Below are positions 12,167-24,338 of a stretch of 64,000 nt of DNA, piece after piece (the stretch's first letter is position 1; every line of letters starts with the position of its first letter). A program made the translations under genes and the position numbers. Source of the DNA: Trichosphaerium sp. ATCC 40318 (Eukaryota > Protista > Tubulinea); NCBI GenBank assembly GCA_038496445.1, contig JALMLS010000022.1:67594-131593 (forward strand), written 5' to 3'. Under the pieces are notes generated by a model, which was not told where the DNA came from, did no database searches, and was given only the letters and a program-made list of their open reading frames with translations.

Positions 12167-15157
12167 ATGGAGGGAACTAATGACGCCTCTATTACGGTAC
12201 AATGGAAAGGTGAAGGGAAGAAGACAGTAATTAAGATTTCCAAGCACGTCCAGATACTTTTTACGCACCAATATTAACTCTTAGGGTTAAGGGATGAATT
12301 AATCCAGTCTCTAAAGGAGAAAATACGTGATAACTTCGAAATTGAACCAAGCATGCAAAAGCTTATTTGTAATGGCAAGGTGCTGCGAAACGAGGTACAT
12401 AGGAGCGGTTTAAACGAAACAACAATACAAAAAGTGTTTTTTTCCACCAATTCAACTAAACGAATGGCACCTAGGATAAAATAGCCATGATGAAGCTGCG
12501 TGGCGGTAAAGCGCGTATTCTATTGTTAACAGCGGCGTCCAGCGAAGAAATCGCTCAAGTAGAGCAAGCTGTCATTGAAAACGAACAAGAGACGCCAGAA
12601 CCAGTAATTGTACGTATTATTAAACACGTTCACGTACTTTTTTCGTTAGCGAAATCTAAAACGCGTGTAGGAACCAGTGGAAGTGTCTGTTGAACCTGAT
12701 TTACAAGATATGTCAATAGACGAAACTCCAAGTACGATCAAGGAAGATTACACTTTTTTTTCTTCACTTTTTTTTTTGTTTGATGTTGACTTGCTTTAGA
12801 GAACACGGGTTGGGGATCTGTTAATGTATCTCCATACGAAATGATGTCAGATGATAATAATAGTGTATCTTCAAAGCCTGGTGAACCATTCAAGTGTACC
12901 TTAACTGCGTACCCATCAATTTTTAGGTTTGTTTAATACTTTTTCTTGATTGGAAAGTTTTAATTTTTTATTTGAATAGTCAAAGTCCTACAGGCCTAGA
13001 AGAAGGTGACATGAAAAGTACGTATAGATAGATTACTAAGAACGTATTTAATATTTTATAGTTGTATTACCAAGGACGATAGAAGTACAATTAAGTGCGT
13101 TTGTCATAATTTTATTTGTTCCATTTCTTTGTGTTTATGTTGTGATACTTAATGATATTCTATTAGAGGAAAAACGTATAGATATACCTACAAACTTTAT
13201 AATACGACACAATGAGGAAAAGATTTTTATGGAAGTATCAGTTCATGCATACAACGCAGACAGGTATGTACATACTACTACATCTTCATTCATGATATCT
13301 AACTGTTATTTATCTAGAAATCAAGTAGTTTATATTCCACATAGTCTAATGTCTGTTCTTGATATTTCAGAAGGTGATAGAGTCATGTTGAAATCACGTG
13401 CGTGGTTTTTAAAAGACACCAAGAATAAATTAGGAACTTCAAAACTAATTGATATTTTAGTAAACCTTTCAAAGGCAGCGCCACCAACTCCTGAGTTTAA
13501 TTCAAATGATTCTGCATATAATAAGTGAGTACCTCTTTAATGTATTTCAGCTTACAGTGGTACTCTTTAGTCAACCACTACCTCAGTTTCATAGACCTTT
13601 TCAAAGAAATACATCGCCACAAAGGAATCGAGCATCAATGTATGATATCGAAAAATTCAGCGCTCTTCTTGATACTGTTGGTGTAAATGTACCTAATTTT
13701 ACAGCATCATTCGAACATGATATATCAATGGATCATCCCACATTTAGAGGTACGAGTTAAACGTATCTAGAGACGCGGAAGTTCAGTTTTCTTTTCTTTT
13801 TTTTTTTTTTGAAAGAACTTTTCTTAACTCCAAGTAGGTGGTTCTTTTACGGATACTATAAAGCTTGCAAAGCAGACGTTCAAGTTTGTTATTATTACAA
13901 TATTAAACGATGATGTCAAGCCTTTTTGTGATATGGTTGCTAAACCAGCTCTTATTAATACATTAAAACAAGTGCGATGCTTCTTTCTTGCTTTTTTTTT
14001 TTTTGGTTTTTTCGTTGTTCTTCTGTTCCTTATTAGTGTTTTTAGAACTTTATGCTATGGATTGGTAGTATAGATGCGGTTAGTGAACCAAAACTAAAAG
14101 AACTTGTTGGTAATGGTCAGGATGTATCATACCCTGTTACGGGTAATGATGATGATGTTTTATGTTACTTTATTTATTTACCTTTTTTTTTTCTTAGTTG
14201 TTTGTGGTCATATATCTGGTAGTGCTACAGTCTTGGATGTTTTTCAAAATATCACGGACCCAGATACATTTATTATTAAATTACTCAATATAGAACAAAC
14301 ATATAGTTCATTCCTAGAAGACCAACGTGTTCGATTGTAAGTGAAGTTGTTTATTTTATTATTGGTTTATACTAACTTCTTTTGTTGTAGTCTTTCAGAT
14401 GGTAATCGCACTCTTATGGAAGGTAAGTACAATAATACACGTGTATTGATGTATTTAAGTCAAACGTTGATTCAACGCCAAGCTAAGATACAACCGTGCA
14501 TTAAAAACGCCAAAACTCTAGCGTGGTTTTTTCTCATGAGGATAAAACTTTTATGTTTCGTCCTTACTTATTGATTCTTAGAGCAAAACAAGGCATATGA
14601 AGAGTCTCTTAGGGAAGATACTATACGACAACGTAATATAGAGGAAGAAGAGAGAAAACAAAAAGAAATAGACGATGCTAAAGCAGCTAAAAAACAGAAA
14701 AATATTGAGATAATGAAAACAGCACGCCAAGAGGCGATAACAGCTTTCAAGTCACTTCCAAAGGTTGAAAAGGGTTGTAGAATAGCAGTAAGACTTCCAG
14801 ATGGAAGCAGAATTATAAGGAAATTCAATGATACAGGTTAAGTGTTTTGGGAACTCATCCAACATTTTTTTGATTTACTCTTGTTTTTTTCTTACTTTTT
14901 TCTTTACAGATACCTTCTCTTCTATCATTGTATGGATTACTGGTAGTATTGCTGAAAGGTTAACAGATGATACATTTGCTCTTACAGAAGTTGATCTTGA
15001 GACTGAGGATGTTACTGTCTGGTCTTTTGATACATACCACTTAAGACAACAATTTCCACATAATATTTTTACATCTGAAATATCTTCTTCAAATTCTTCA
15101 TTACAGGAATTAAAGTTAACACCACAAGCTATGCTTTTTTTGGAACGCCAGAAATAA
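12167..15157 (+). CDS. UBX-domain Cdc48/p97 adaptor with N-terminal ubiquitin-like, UFD1-like and UAS-like regions
   Basis: Ubl: LIQSLKEKIRDNFEIEPSMQKLICNGKVL. UFD1-like: IVLPRTIE...VYIPHSLMSVLDISEGDRVML. Coiled coil. UBX: IAVRLPDGSRIIRKF...QFPHNIF...SLQELKLTPQAMLFLE. Confidence 0.8.
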
Positions 15158-15191
15158 AATGTATTTCCACCACAAAAAAAAATACCACTTC

Positions 15192-18100
15192 TTATTGCCT
15201 CAACGCTGTCCGATATATTATTCCAATTCCATCAACAAAATATCCAAAAAGTTCTCACAGTACGTGTTCATCGTAGATTCTATAGAAGTCGGGAAGTCCT
15301 ACATAACAAGACTTACCACATGAGATGTTTGTTATAGCGAAGGGAGGCCTAATGATATCTGCCTAAGAACAGAAGGGGCAAATAATGAAAAAATAAAAAA
15401 TTTGATTTTTTTGGACTTGTGAAAGTACAACAGTTTAAAAGCCTTAAAAATTACGAAGTGCCTTTTTGGGTATAGTGTAAGTCATAGCCATATCTGTTAA
15501 ATTACTCGGGACTATATAATTTTAGACTGACTTGACTGCATTTCACAATAAACCTTACTTACAAAAAACTATTTATTTTAACAAACAGAACAATCAATCC
15601 AGTATGCTTCTTGCAGATGGTGGCGGACAGGAAGTGTTCTTGATACCATGATTATTAATTATACTCTTAGCATTATCACCAGCAGTGGCACTTATTTTAG
15701 AGGCGCTACTAGTAGATGTAAAATCTTCTTCAGAACCTAAAGTACTAACAGTTTTTTGTTCTTGTACTACCTTATCCTTCTTCTTTGTCTTTTCTCTTTT
15801 CTTACCACTACTTCTTTCTTTATGTTTATCACTACCACGTGGTTTTGGGGATGTAGTCTTAGGGACTACATCAACATCTTCTATCTTGTCGCTTTTCTGT
15901 GAAGACAAGTTGTCATCTTTAGATGAAATTGTATCATTAGATACATCACTTGACGTCATGCCTTCTTTTGGAGATGACATACTGATCGTATTTGAAGATG
16001 TATCTGTTATAGATATAGTATTATCTCTTCTACTAGACCTTGGTGATGAGCTTAGCTTTTTAAAAGTCTTTGTTAATGATGACTTGATCCTTCTTGATGT
16101 CTTCTTTCTTTCTTTTGTATATAAATCAAGGTTCAATACAACGACTTCAGAAGGTATAGTCATTGGTATATTTTTATCCTTGCTTGATCCATTCTTGGTG
16201 TATGTCATAACGAATAGAACACCATCATTGCAAACCATTGATGTTGGAACACCGTAAAGCTTAAACACTTTAAGAGGTGTTGAAGGAGAGTTTAAGCTCC
16301 AAATACAAACTGCTGATTGTTTATAGCTCCTATAGATCAACAAGTAAGTTAACAACAGCTCACTAGACACTATAGACGTACGCTATTACAAGAGCATCTA
16401 ATGTCAATACGTGGTTTATTTTACGCTCAAAAGAACCAAACAGAGATTCAGCTGAAAAAAAAAAAAGTCAGTATATATTGTTGTCTCATTGTTGTGTTTA
16501 CCTTGTATTGAACTACTACCGCTTGATGATGATGCAGTTGAATTTCTTCTTTTATCTTGGTATTCAAGGAGTGTTATTAACTCACCAGTGAATGAGTCAA
16601 TGACATAAACTTCACCACGTTGAGTGCCTGCACAAAACAAAAACTTAGTTTTCTTTTTTTCGTAAATATTTCTTACCCATGCACGTGTACGCTTCGTCAC
16701 ATGAAAGAGCTGTAAATAGCTCATCTTTGTATTTTTTCTCATACATCTTTTTACCAGATGATATTTCATATACAGTTAACACATCCTTTTGTGTAATCGC
16801 CACATAAGACAGTGACATTGCAGTAAAAGTTATACCGTTGACTGATTCAAAAGTTTCCTAAAAAAAAAAGTTGTCAACATCATTCAGAGCAAACTCTGTA
16901 ACTTCTATACCTCAACAACAAGCTTTGCTTTTGTAAGATCAAATAAGCGAATGTATGTAGTGCTTGCAAATAACACATGAGTCGAGTTGGTACGAGAAAA
17001 TACAGAAGACGCCAGAATCCCTTTCACTTTTGAAGCAATTAGTTTTTTCTCTTTTGTAATTTTTTATGGACTCACGTGCTCCCTTGAGTACTGTTTGATC
17101 AGGGCTGCTTCTACTGCATATATACAAATCATCGCCAAACCTTAACGCTATCTTATCTGACGTCATTAGAATTAATCCAAGCTTGGATAATGGCACTTTT
17201 GTTGTCCTTATTCTGTTAGATGCAACACAGTACATCTTTATAGCTGTCTTTGATTTCAGAACAACAAAAGGAAAAGTAAAGTGATGGTATTTAAACTCTT
17301 TTGGTATTTCTATTTTATATGCACGTTGAAGTGCAAGGTTGTAATGATAAAATGAACCTAGCAAACCATTAATCAATAAAATAACAAAATTGATGAAGAG
17401 TAAGTTCTGCATCATAGGAATATGAATAAAATCGCGTGGATACTCAAAAACAATTGTTTTAAAATACCACATAAAATAGAAGTAAAATAACGGTTGTGTA
17501 GGAGAACCTTCTTTGCATAAAATCGCTATTTAGTTCATTTGTTTTTTCTGGTTTTTTTTTTTCAATTTGTCTAACTACCACGTGCCAGTATTTTTGTATG
17601 TAACAAGGATATTCCCATTATTTAATAGAATAGTTTTATCATGAGAATAAAACCTTTGGCCAAGCATTATAGGTAAATCAAACTTATAAATCTGTGATTC
17701 TTTTGTAGCCTTCCTAAATGAAATATAAATTTTTGTTTTTTACAAATTGCATCAACCGTACTTCCATATCTTCAACCACTCCATCGCTATAAAACTTTGT
17801 GCTAGTGTCACACCACACTCGGGTATAGGTAGATGCTGTCCTGGTACTAACTCAGCCTCCGCCATCTCCCTATTTTAGTCTTTTAGAAACAAATGGTAAA
17901 AAACATTCGATAACTTTTAGAGTTGGAGTCCTATGCCAATAAAACCAAATATTTACCCACAAGAGTCAAAAAAGATAAGTAGCAAGACGCTTATAAATTC
18001 TTTTCCAAAAAACAGAACGTAGGACGAAGGTAAACAAAACAGCTGAGAAAAGCAAATAAAAAAAAAACTGGATAGAACTTCTGTGATGTACACGTACCGA

Positions 18101-19717
18101 GGTAGGTAATACACAAATTTAAAAAATAAAAACTCATCCTCAAAGCGTTGACCCATATCAACAACATGATCAATAACTCCCATTTCATGAAGTTCCCTTG
18201 CCCAAGCAATTGCCTTTCAGAAAAAAGTAAGAAAAAAAAAGGAACAAATTTGTAAATTTACCTCAGCTCTAGTGCTTAGATCAAGATGTTTCACAAGCCA
18301 TGTAACTGCCTCACTTGCAATAAAACAGTTCTTAAACGTCCTTAAATGCCATGTCCTGTCTTTTACTCTGACGCCTAAAAATCGCTCTAAGCTGAAAGTT
18401 GTTTTCCTTATTTGAGTACCTGTAGATTCTGATTGAAGCCCAACACAAGCGTCTTTGAGTTTAGAAAGCATATCTGCTTCTGTACTTGTCATACTTTGTA
18501 CACTATTTTCTCTAGTAACGTTATTGGTCGATTGCTTGCTGGTGAATCTATAAAACAACTCCCTAATCATCAACAAAAAACCCAGTTAGAGAAAAATACA
18601 GTACGCTAAAACAGAGCGAACCTGTTCTGGAATTGTTGTGTTTTAGCAACATGTATCAAGTATCCTTTATGCATAAGCATTTGTCCAAAATATACTGATG
18701 TAGTAACATCCCAGCCTTCGTGATCAATCAACCATGTAACAAACTCTTTGCCTGTCCAACAATTTTTGTAGACCCTAAAACCATACGTCCTACACAAAGT
18801 CATTATTATCTATTCAATAACAAATAACATAAGATAGAAGGTATATACCTGCTGCTTATTTCTAAACCAGAATCTTTCTTTGTAGCTTCACGTATGACAC
18901 GCGAATAGTCAGAAGCAGTAAAACTTTCAATAGTAGCCAATATATTCTCTTGTACTTTGACGAACTTGTAGTACAGGTTTTCGTCTAGGTAAAGCGTAAA
19001 CATAAAATTCAACATCAAGTACATCCATCTAAGCGCAACAGACAATCACAAAACAGCTTTCAAGTCCATACGAAAACCGATTTTTCAAGATAAAGAAATA
19101 TGCTTTTTTGAAAATGTTTGTCTTGTACCTTTGAATTGATGCTCTTTTAACACGTGATTAAATAAACCTCGTTGCATCATATAATTTCCTATGAGTTCAG
19201 CTTGTTCTCTTCCACATGATGGTACATTTTCTGTTATCCACGTAACCTACACAGACTTTTTTAGAAAAACTTCGTTTAAGCGGATATAAACCGGTGAAAC
19301 TTGATTTTTGTTCCGTTGACGATATACTGTATATATTGCGTACCGCCTCACTACCTACAAAGCAATCCTTGTATTTTTTGAACAGATATTTTCTATCTAC
19401 ATCGGAATACCAATTAAACGGTAGAACTATGCGTAAAGAGATCATACCTTTAACTAAAACGCCGTCAGCCTTTGTAACCATTTTTGCGCCTAAAGCTCCA
19501 ACATCAACGCCCAAGAACTCTCCACTGATCTTTGTGCTGTACAAGCGTTAAAAAGCGGGTGAAACTTATTTGAGAACCATTGAACTCTAAGCGTATTACT
19601 ACTCATCCTGCAACTTCCCAGATACGCCAACTTAGTAACTGCACCGTTCGGTGGTAAAATTAGATGTAAACATAAGCCACGCAGTTTAAGGACAAGTAAT
19701 CATCAACCATACGCCAT
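15192..19717 (-). CDS. Protein with three tandem DEP domains and a C-terminal beta-propeller-like region containing a Ser/Lys-rich insert
   Basis: DEP motifs DRKYLFKKYKDCFVGSEAV, TYGFRVYKNCWTGKEFVTWL and DRTWHLRTFKNCFIASEAVTWL. WD-like strands such as GTQRGEVYVID and AVCIWSLN. Confidence 0.8.
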
Positions 19718-19913
19718 GTAGCGTATGTTTCCAGTCGGCTGCGTAGGAAAGGGATTTAACGGATGCTGTACAACAAAAAACGTTGCAACATTTTTTATTT
19801 CAGACAATGTGGTTAAAAATGGGTAGATTGGTGTTACAGCAACTTTTTACAGTACGATCTGACAACTTGCCTTAAAAAGTCGTTTATCTTTAAAAAACTT
19901 GGTTTGAGGCAAC

Positions 19914-22900
19914 ATGAGGGCGAACAAGGTGGTCAATCGCACTGGTGGGGTACGACTTCCTTATTTACATTACAATAGGTGTTGTTTACAGTGCAATAGG
20001 TCGAAACAGAAGATGGCCGTACACTGTACGGTATGGACGCCGAACAGTACCTAAAGGTACACAATTGAACTGTGAAGGCTCCCATAACGTTGATTTACCA
20101 GGTAAAATCAAAAGAGGACCCAGAGCTCGAACTACGAACTGGTAAATGGATAGAGGAATGTATTGGAGAAAAACTCATAGATGCTGGTATTAAAAACCTC
20201 TAAAAATCATTTATCTGATATCTGTAGGCGACCTATACACCTCGTTACGCGATGGTATCGTTTTATGCAAGTACGACGGAGAAATCAACCCTTTTGTTGC
20301 AAAAAAAACTGTTTTCTGACGTTTTGTTCTCTTCTTGGTTTGTAGACTTATTAATAAGCTATACCCTGATATCATTCGAAAATTTAATACACCTAAGAGT
20401 AAAACAAGGCCTTTACATCCACTACAAGAACGTGTACGTCATTTTTTGTTCTATGACATTTTGGTTTTGACACGTGAAAATTAAAAACCAAGTTTCACTT
20501 TTGTCGCGCACATAGTGTTGATAAAAATACCGACTTGTTTACTATTGGTTTGATAAAAAACATTAGCACCCACAGCCCTATTTTGAACTTGTTGAATGGA
20601 TTTACCAACTAGATCTTTGCTTTTTTTGTCAATTTTGGTCATTTGACATGTCAAAATGACATTTTTACGACGTTCTTTGGTTTTATTGACATTTGAATGA
20701 AAGGAAAATATTACCTTGTATTTGGACGCTTGTTGGCGTATTGGTATGCCAAGTCATTCTATGTTTATTATACCTGATTTACATTCACGTCGTTATATGC
20801 CTCAAGTACGTTCTTACACATGAAAACAAAACAAACAATTATTGCCTTGCGATTTCTGATATTTCTTAAGGTTATTCACAACATAGCACTATTATCCACT
20901 ATGTCATCTGAGGGAAGCGAAATTAAACGAGCACCTATAGTAGAAACAGCTCCAAAGAAAACAGGTGCACACTTCCTGAAGCAAACTAATGACTAATGGG
21001 TTTTTATCTTAGATGTCAAGAAGTGGGATACTGTTCAAGCTTCTTACGAAAATCCACTAATAGGAGATCTCCCAGCTGATGAGCTTGAAGAAGAGCTTCT
21101 TAAAGCAAAAAAAGACCTTTTAGAAGCAAACAACAAGCTTGAAAGGTAAATCTTTGAAAGCAAGGATCTCACTCGTTTTTTTTCTCGTTTTTTCTTTCTC
21201 TTTAAAACTACGTACCTTTGGCTAAACTATGTTTTTTTCCCTAGAATGCGTGTTGCAAAGGAATACACTGAAGGAGAGTTGGAGAAATTACGAGCTGAGC
21301 TACAGAAGGAAAATGTAAGCCTTTTTTATTTGTATTAATTTTGCTTGCTTTTGCGTTTATTGTTTTCTTGGTAGGATGCCACAGAACCTTCTAAGAATGT
21401 AACAAATGTGGAAGCCCCTGTAAAAGATAGTAATGAGGACTCTTAGAGATAAAGACATACTCAATAGAGCTGCCAATAGGCAGATAAAGAGACTCAAAGA
21501 CGAGCTCGCAGATGTTAAATCTAAAAAAGAAGATCTTGAAAATAATGACACAGTGGCTAACAAACAGATTTCAGAGCTTAAATTAGAGCTTGAAATGATG
21601 AAGTCTCAACAAAAGAAGGCTGTTTTTGTAGATACAGCTGCGCAGAATGAGATAAAACAGCTAAAAGCTGAACTGGCACAGGCGAAAGCATACAACACTG
21701 AAAGCTTGCATCCAAAATCTCCTGGTAGAGCAGAGGTACTTTTACTATTCCTGTTCTGTTGACTTATGATTGTGCAGGCGTCTAGAGACCTTAGTAGTAC
21801 AAATAATAACAGTAAAGCTGCCAAGCAGATTAAACAGCTGAAAGCTGAACTTGCTAAGATGAAGTCAGATAAAGTGAAATCATCTAAGAAGATTTCAAAG
21901 CTCAAAGCTGAGCTTGCTGAGATGAAGTCTACCTCTAGAAAATCAACCAGTGCTCAACCTAGTCCTAGATCAGCTCTTGTACGTCTTATTATTATACTAT
22001 CATAGTCGCTAATGACCAACAAGCAAATGGGATTGTTAATGACAGAAAACGTTTTAAAAGAAGCAGAGATGAAATCCAAGAATAAAAACCCAAGAACTCG
22101 TCGAGTAAAGATAAAACATTCTCCTCTATTACACATGACAGTAAGACATACTCTTAACCTCCATGATATTAGACCTAGCTCATGTAATATTAGAGAAAAG
22201 CAGAATCAAGACACCAGAGAAGCAATTTGACAAAGGTAAATGGATTGATTACTTTTTGTTAGTGTGGTTTTCTTATACTCTCTGTCTAGTCCCATTTCTT
22301 CTATGATACACGACAACTTACTACAAATTCTGCAGATACATTATCCAGAGTACTGGATACTATCCTAGAAGGAGAGGAAGCTGTTCCAGAGGACTTGAAG
22401 GCTTGTATGACATATTTTGAGCGAGATGCTGGAAGGCGTACTTTCATGCAGCTCCTAAGAGAGCATTTGGACTCAGATGGAAATAGCAAGAAAGTAGAGA
22501 TGCTTAAGGAAGCATCCTTTGATCATTTATTCCAACTCTTCACTATGGCATTACAGAACATGAACTTGGGCTCAAACAACCAGTAAGTTATTATATGTTG
22601 GTTTGGGGTTTTTAAAGTGATCGTTGCTGTTTGTTTTAATGGTTTGTACTAGTGCTGATTATATCACTGCGAAGGGTATTATGGAAATGAGCTATATGTT
22701 CTGTAAAGTCAGGACAAGAGATGGCAGTAAAGTACTAATGTGTGCTTATGTAAAGAAACTAAGTGTTTGGCAAAACTGTGCGTATTTTACTTAACAAAAT
22801 ATTTAAGATGACTCACTTCTTCTTTTCTCTTAGTGACCTTCTGGGAAGAGTACTTCTTGGACATACTATCAAAGAAATTCAAAGATATTGAAGAAGATCA

Positions 22901-23423
22901 TATAGAAAGTGATCATTGGCCATCTCACTTGAAGGCGTTCACAACAAATGCTCTTTCTGAATTTGGTACATTTCAGCAAGAGAAAAAAACATCTCGTAGC
23001 TTTTTATTGTTTACCTTATTTCTAGTAATCGCCAGAATGTGGGGATGGGGTCATATACATCCTGACACTAGTACGCTATTATTTAAGGCATAAACTGTAT
23101 AAATACTAACTATGTATGATAGTAATGTCGTTCACTGAAGATGCAGCAAAACGTAACAACCTCGAGCCTAAACATATTAATATGCTCCGTGTACGTTGAT
23201 ATTTTTTTGGCGACATACCAAAAACCTATACTAGTATATATTCATGAACCTAACATGTCTTTTTTACTAGGCATTACTCGATGACAAAAAAGTAGAAGAG
23301 GAAAAAAAGAAGAAACAAAAGAAAAATGCTACAAAGGACATAAGTTCAAAAGATGGAGAAAAAAAAATTACACAAAGTGACTGGAGGAAAACAACTAGAC
23401 GAAGTACTAGAACACTTAAATAA
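19914..23423 (+). CDS. Calponin-homology, coiled-coil and SBF2-like domain protein
   Basis: CH: KWIEECIGEK...SLRDGIVLCKLINKLYP...ENITLYLDAC...DLH. Heptad repeats. SBF2-like: GRRTFMQLL...DYITAKGIM...VWQN.TFWEEYF. Confidence 0.8.
21470..21930 (+). repeat. Five degenerate coding repeats (xxKQIKQLKAELAxMKS) forming a coiled coil
   Basis: AANRQIKRLKDELA, VANKQISELKLELE, AAQNEIKQLKAELA, AAKQIKQLKAELAKMKS, SSKKISKLKAELAEMKS. Confidence 0.7.
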
Positions 23424-23489
23424 AATAATATTCACAGTACCTACAAAAAAGACACCCTTTTTATTGTAAAAATATCACTCTTCCTGTAA

Positions 23490-24170
23490 ATGGTAGACAC
23501 CAAACAGTGCCTTTATACCTACATCTGCTATGCAATATAGCGAGTTGTTTTAACCATTCGTCACTTGTATGAAGGCCAAATAAAGCCTTTATTATGCAAT
23601 TGACTCGTTTAGCCACTAAGTCAGACAAGAACGCCACTTCTATCAGAACATCGGCAGCACATACTCAAACTTTCTCCAGGAATCATCTGTTAAACAATGT
23701 TTTTATAAGCACGTCAAGAGCACATAAATTGTATTCAGTGCTGTATCACAGCTTTTAAGACTTTCATAAATGCTACAAACGCACTGACAAGAACATAGCT
23801 AATCACCTCCAAAAAATTTCAATGTTAAATGTAAATTTATTAAGTGTCTTGTATTTCAAATGCTTGGATAGAGCACATTTGTCTTAAACAGAAGTTGAGT
23901 CTTTGTTTTTAGAAGAGTAGTAGTTAGTATCAGAACTCTAACAGAAGTATCACTAAGTTCTATTCTCTTAACACCTACGATTGATTTAGTACCCTCAGTT
24001 ATCTGCTACTGAAGTGTGATTAAGGTAAATGGCATGAACACCAGCAAGTGCTTAACAACTTCGTCTGTCACTGAAGTGCCCCTAAGATCAATAGCATGAG
24101 CGCCACAAAGCTTTGACACCTTCATCTGCTACTAAAGTGTGAACACCAGTGAGATTTTGCATAGAACGCG
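23490..24170 (-). pseudogene. Decayed leucine-rich-repeat gene fragment
   Basis: Frameshifted units of about 22 aa: LTGVHTL..VADEGVK, LCGAHAIDLRGTSVTDEVVKH, AGVHAIYLNHTSVAD, IVGVKRIELSDTSV, IADVGIKALFGV. Confidence 0.6.
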
Positions 24171-24338
24171 TAGGACTTTTGTTTGTATACTCTTTCAAAT
24201 CTACTTGTAAGTTTCAAATACTTTTCACGTGTCGAAGGTCTTTCCAACCTTCTATTCCGTAAAAAGCTCTGAGAATGTTATTTTTCAGTGAACCATTTTA
24301 ACTGGCACTTTTTTATATTAGTACCAGTTTAAACGAAC

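Noticed and set aside
15685-16257. Hydrophobic 190-aa plus-strand ORF (similarly 8777-9007 and 52631-53008)
   Set aside because: Antisense shadows of Lys/Ser/Glu-rich exons.
17600-17620. U12-type donor ATATCCTT on the minus strand
   Set aside because: Reads through as open exon (NNGNILVTYK); no matching branch point or acceptor identified.
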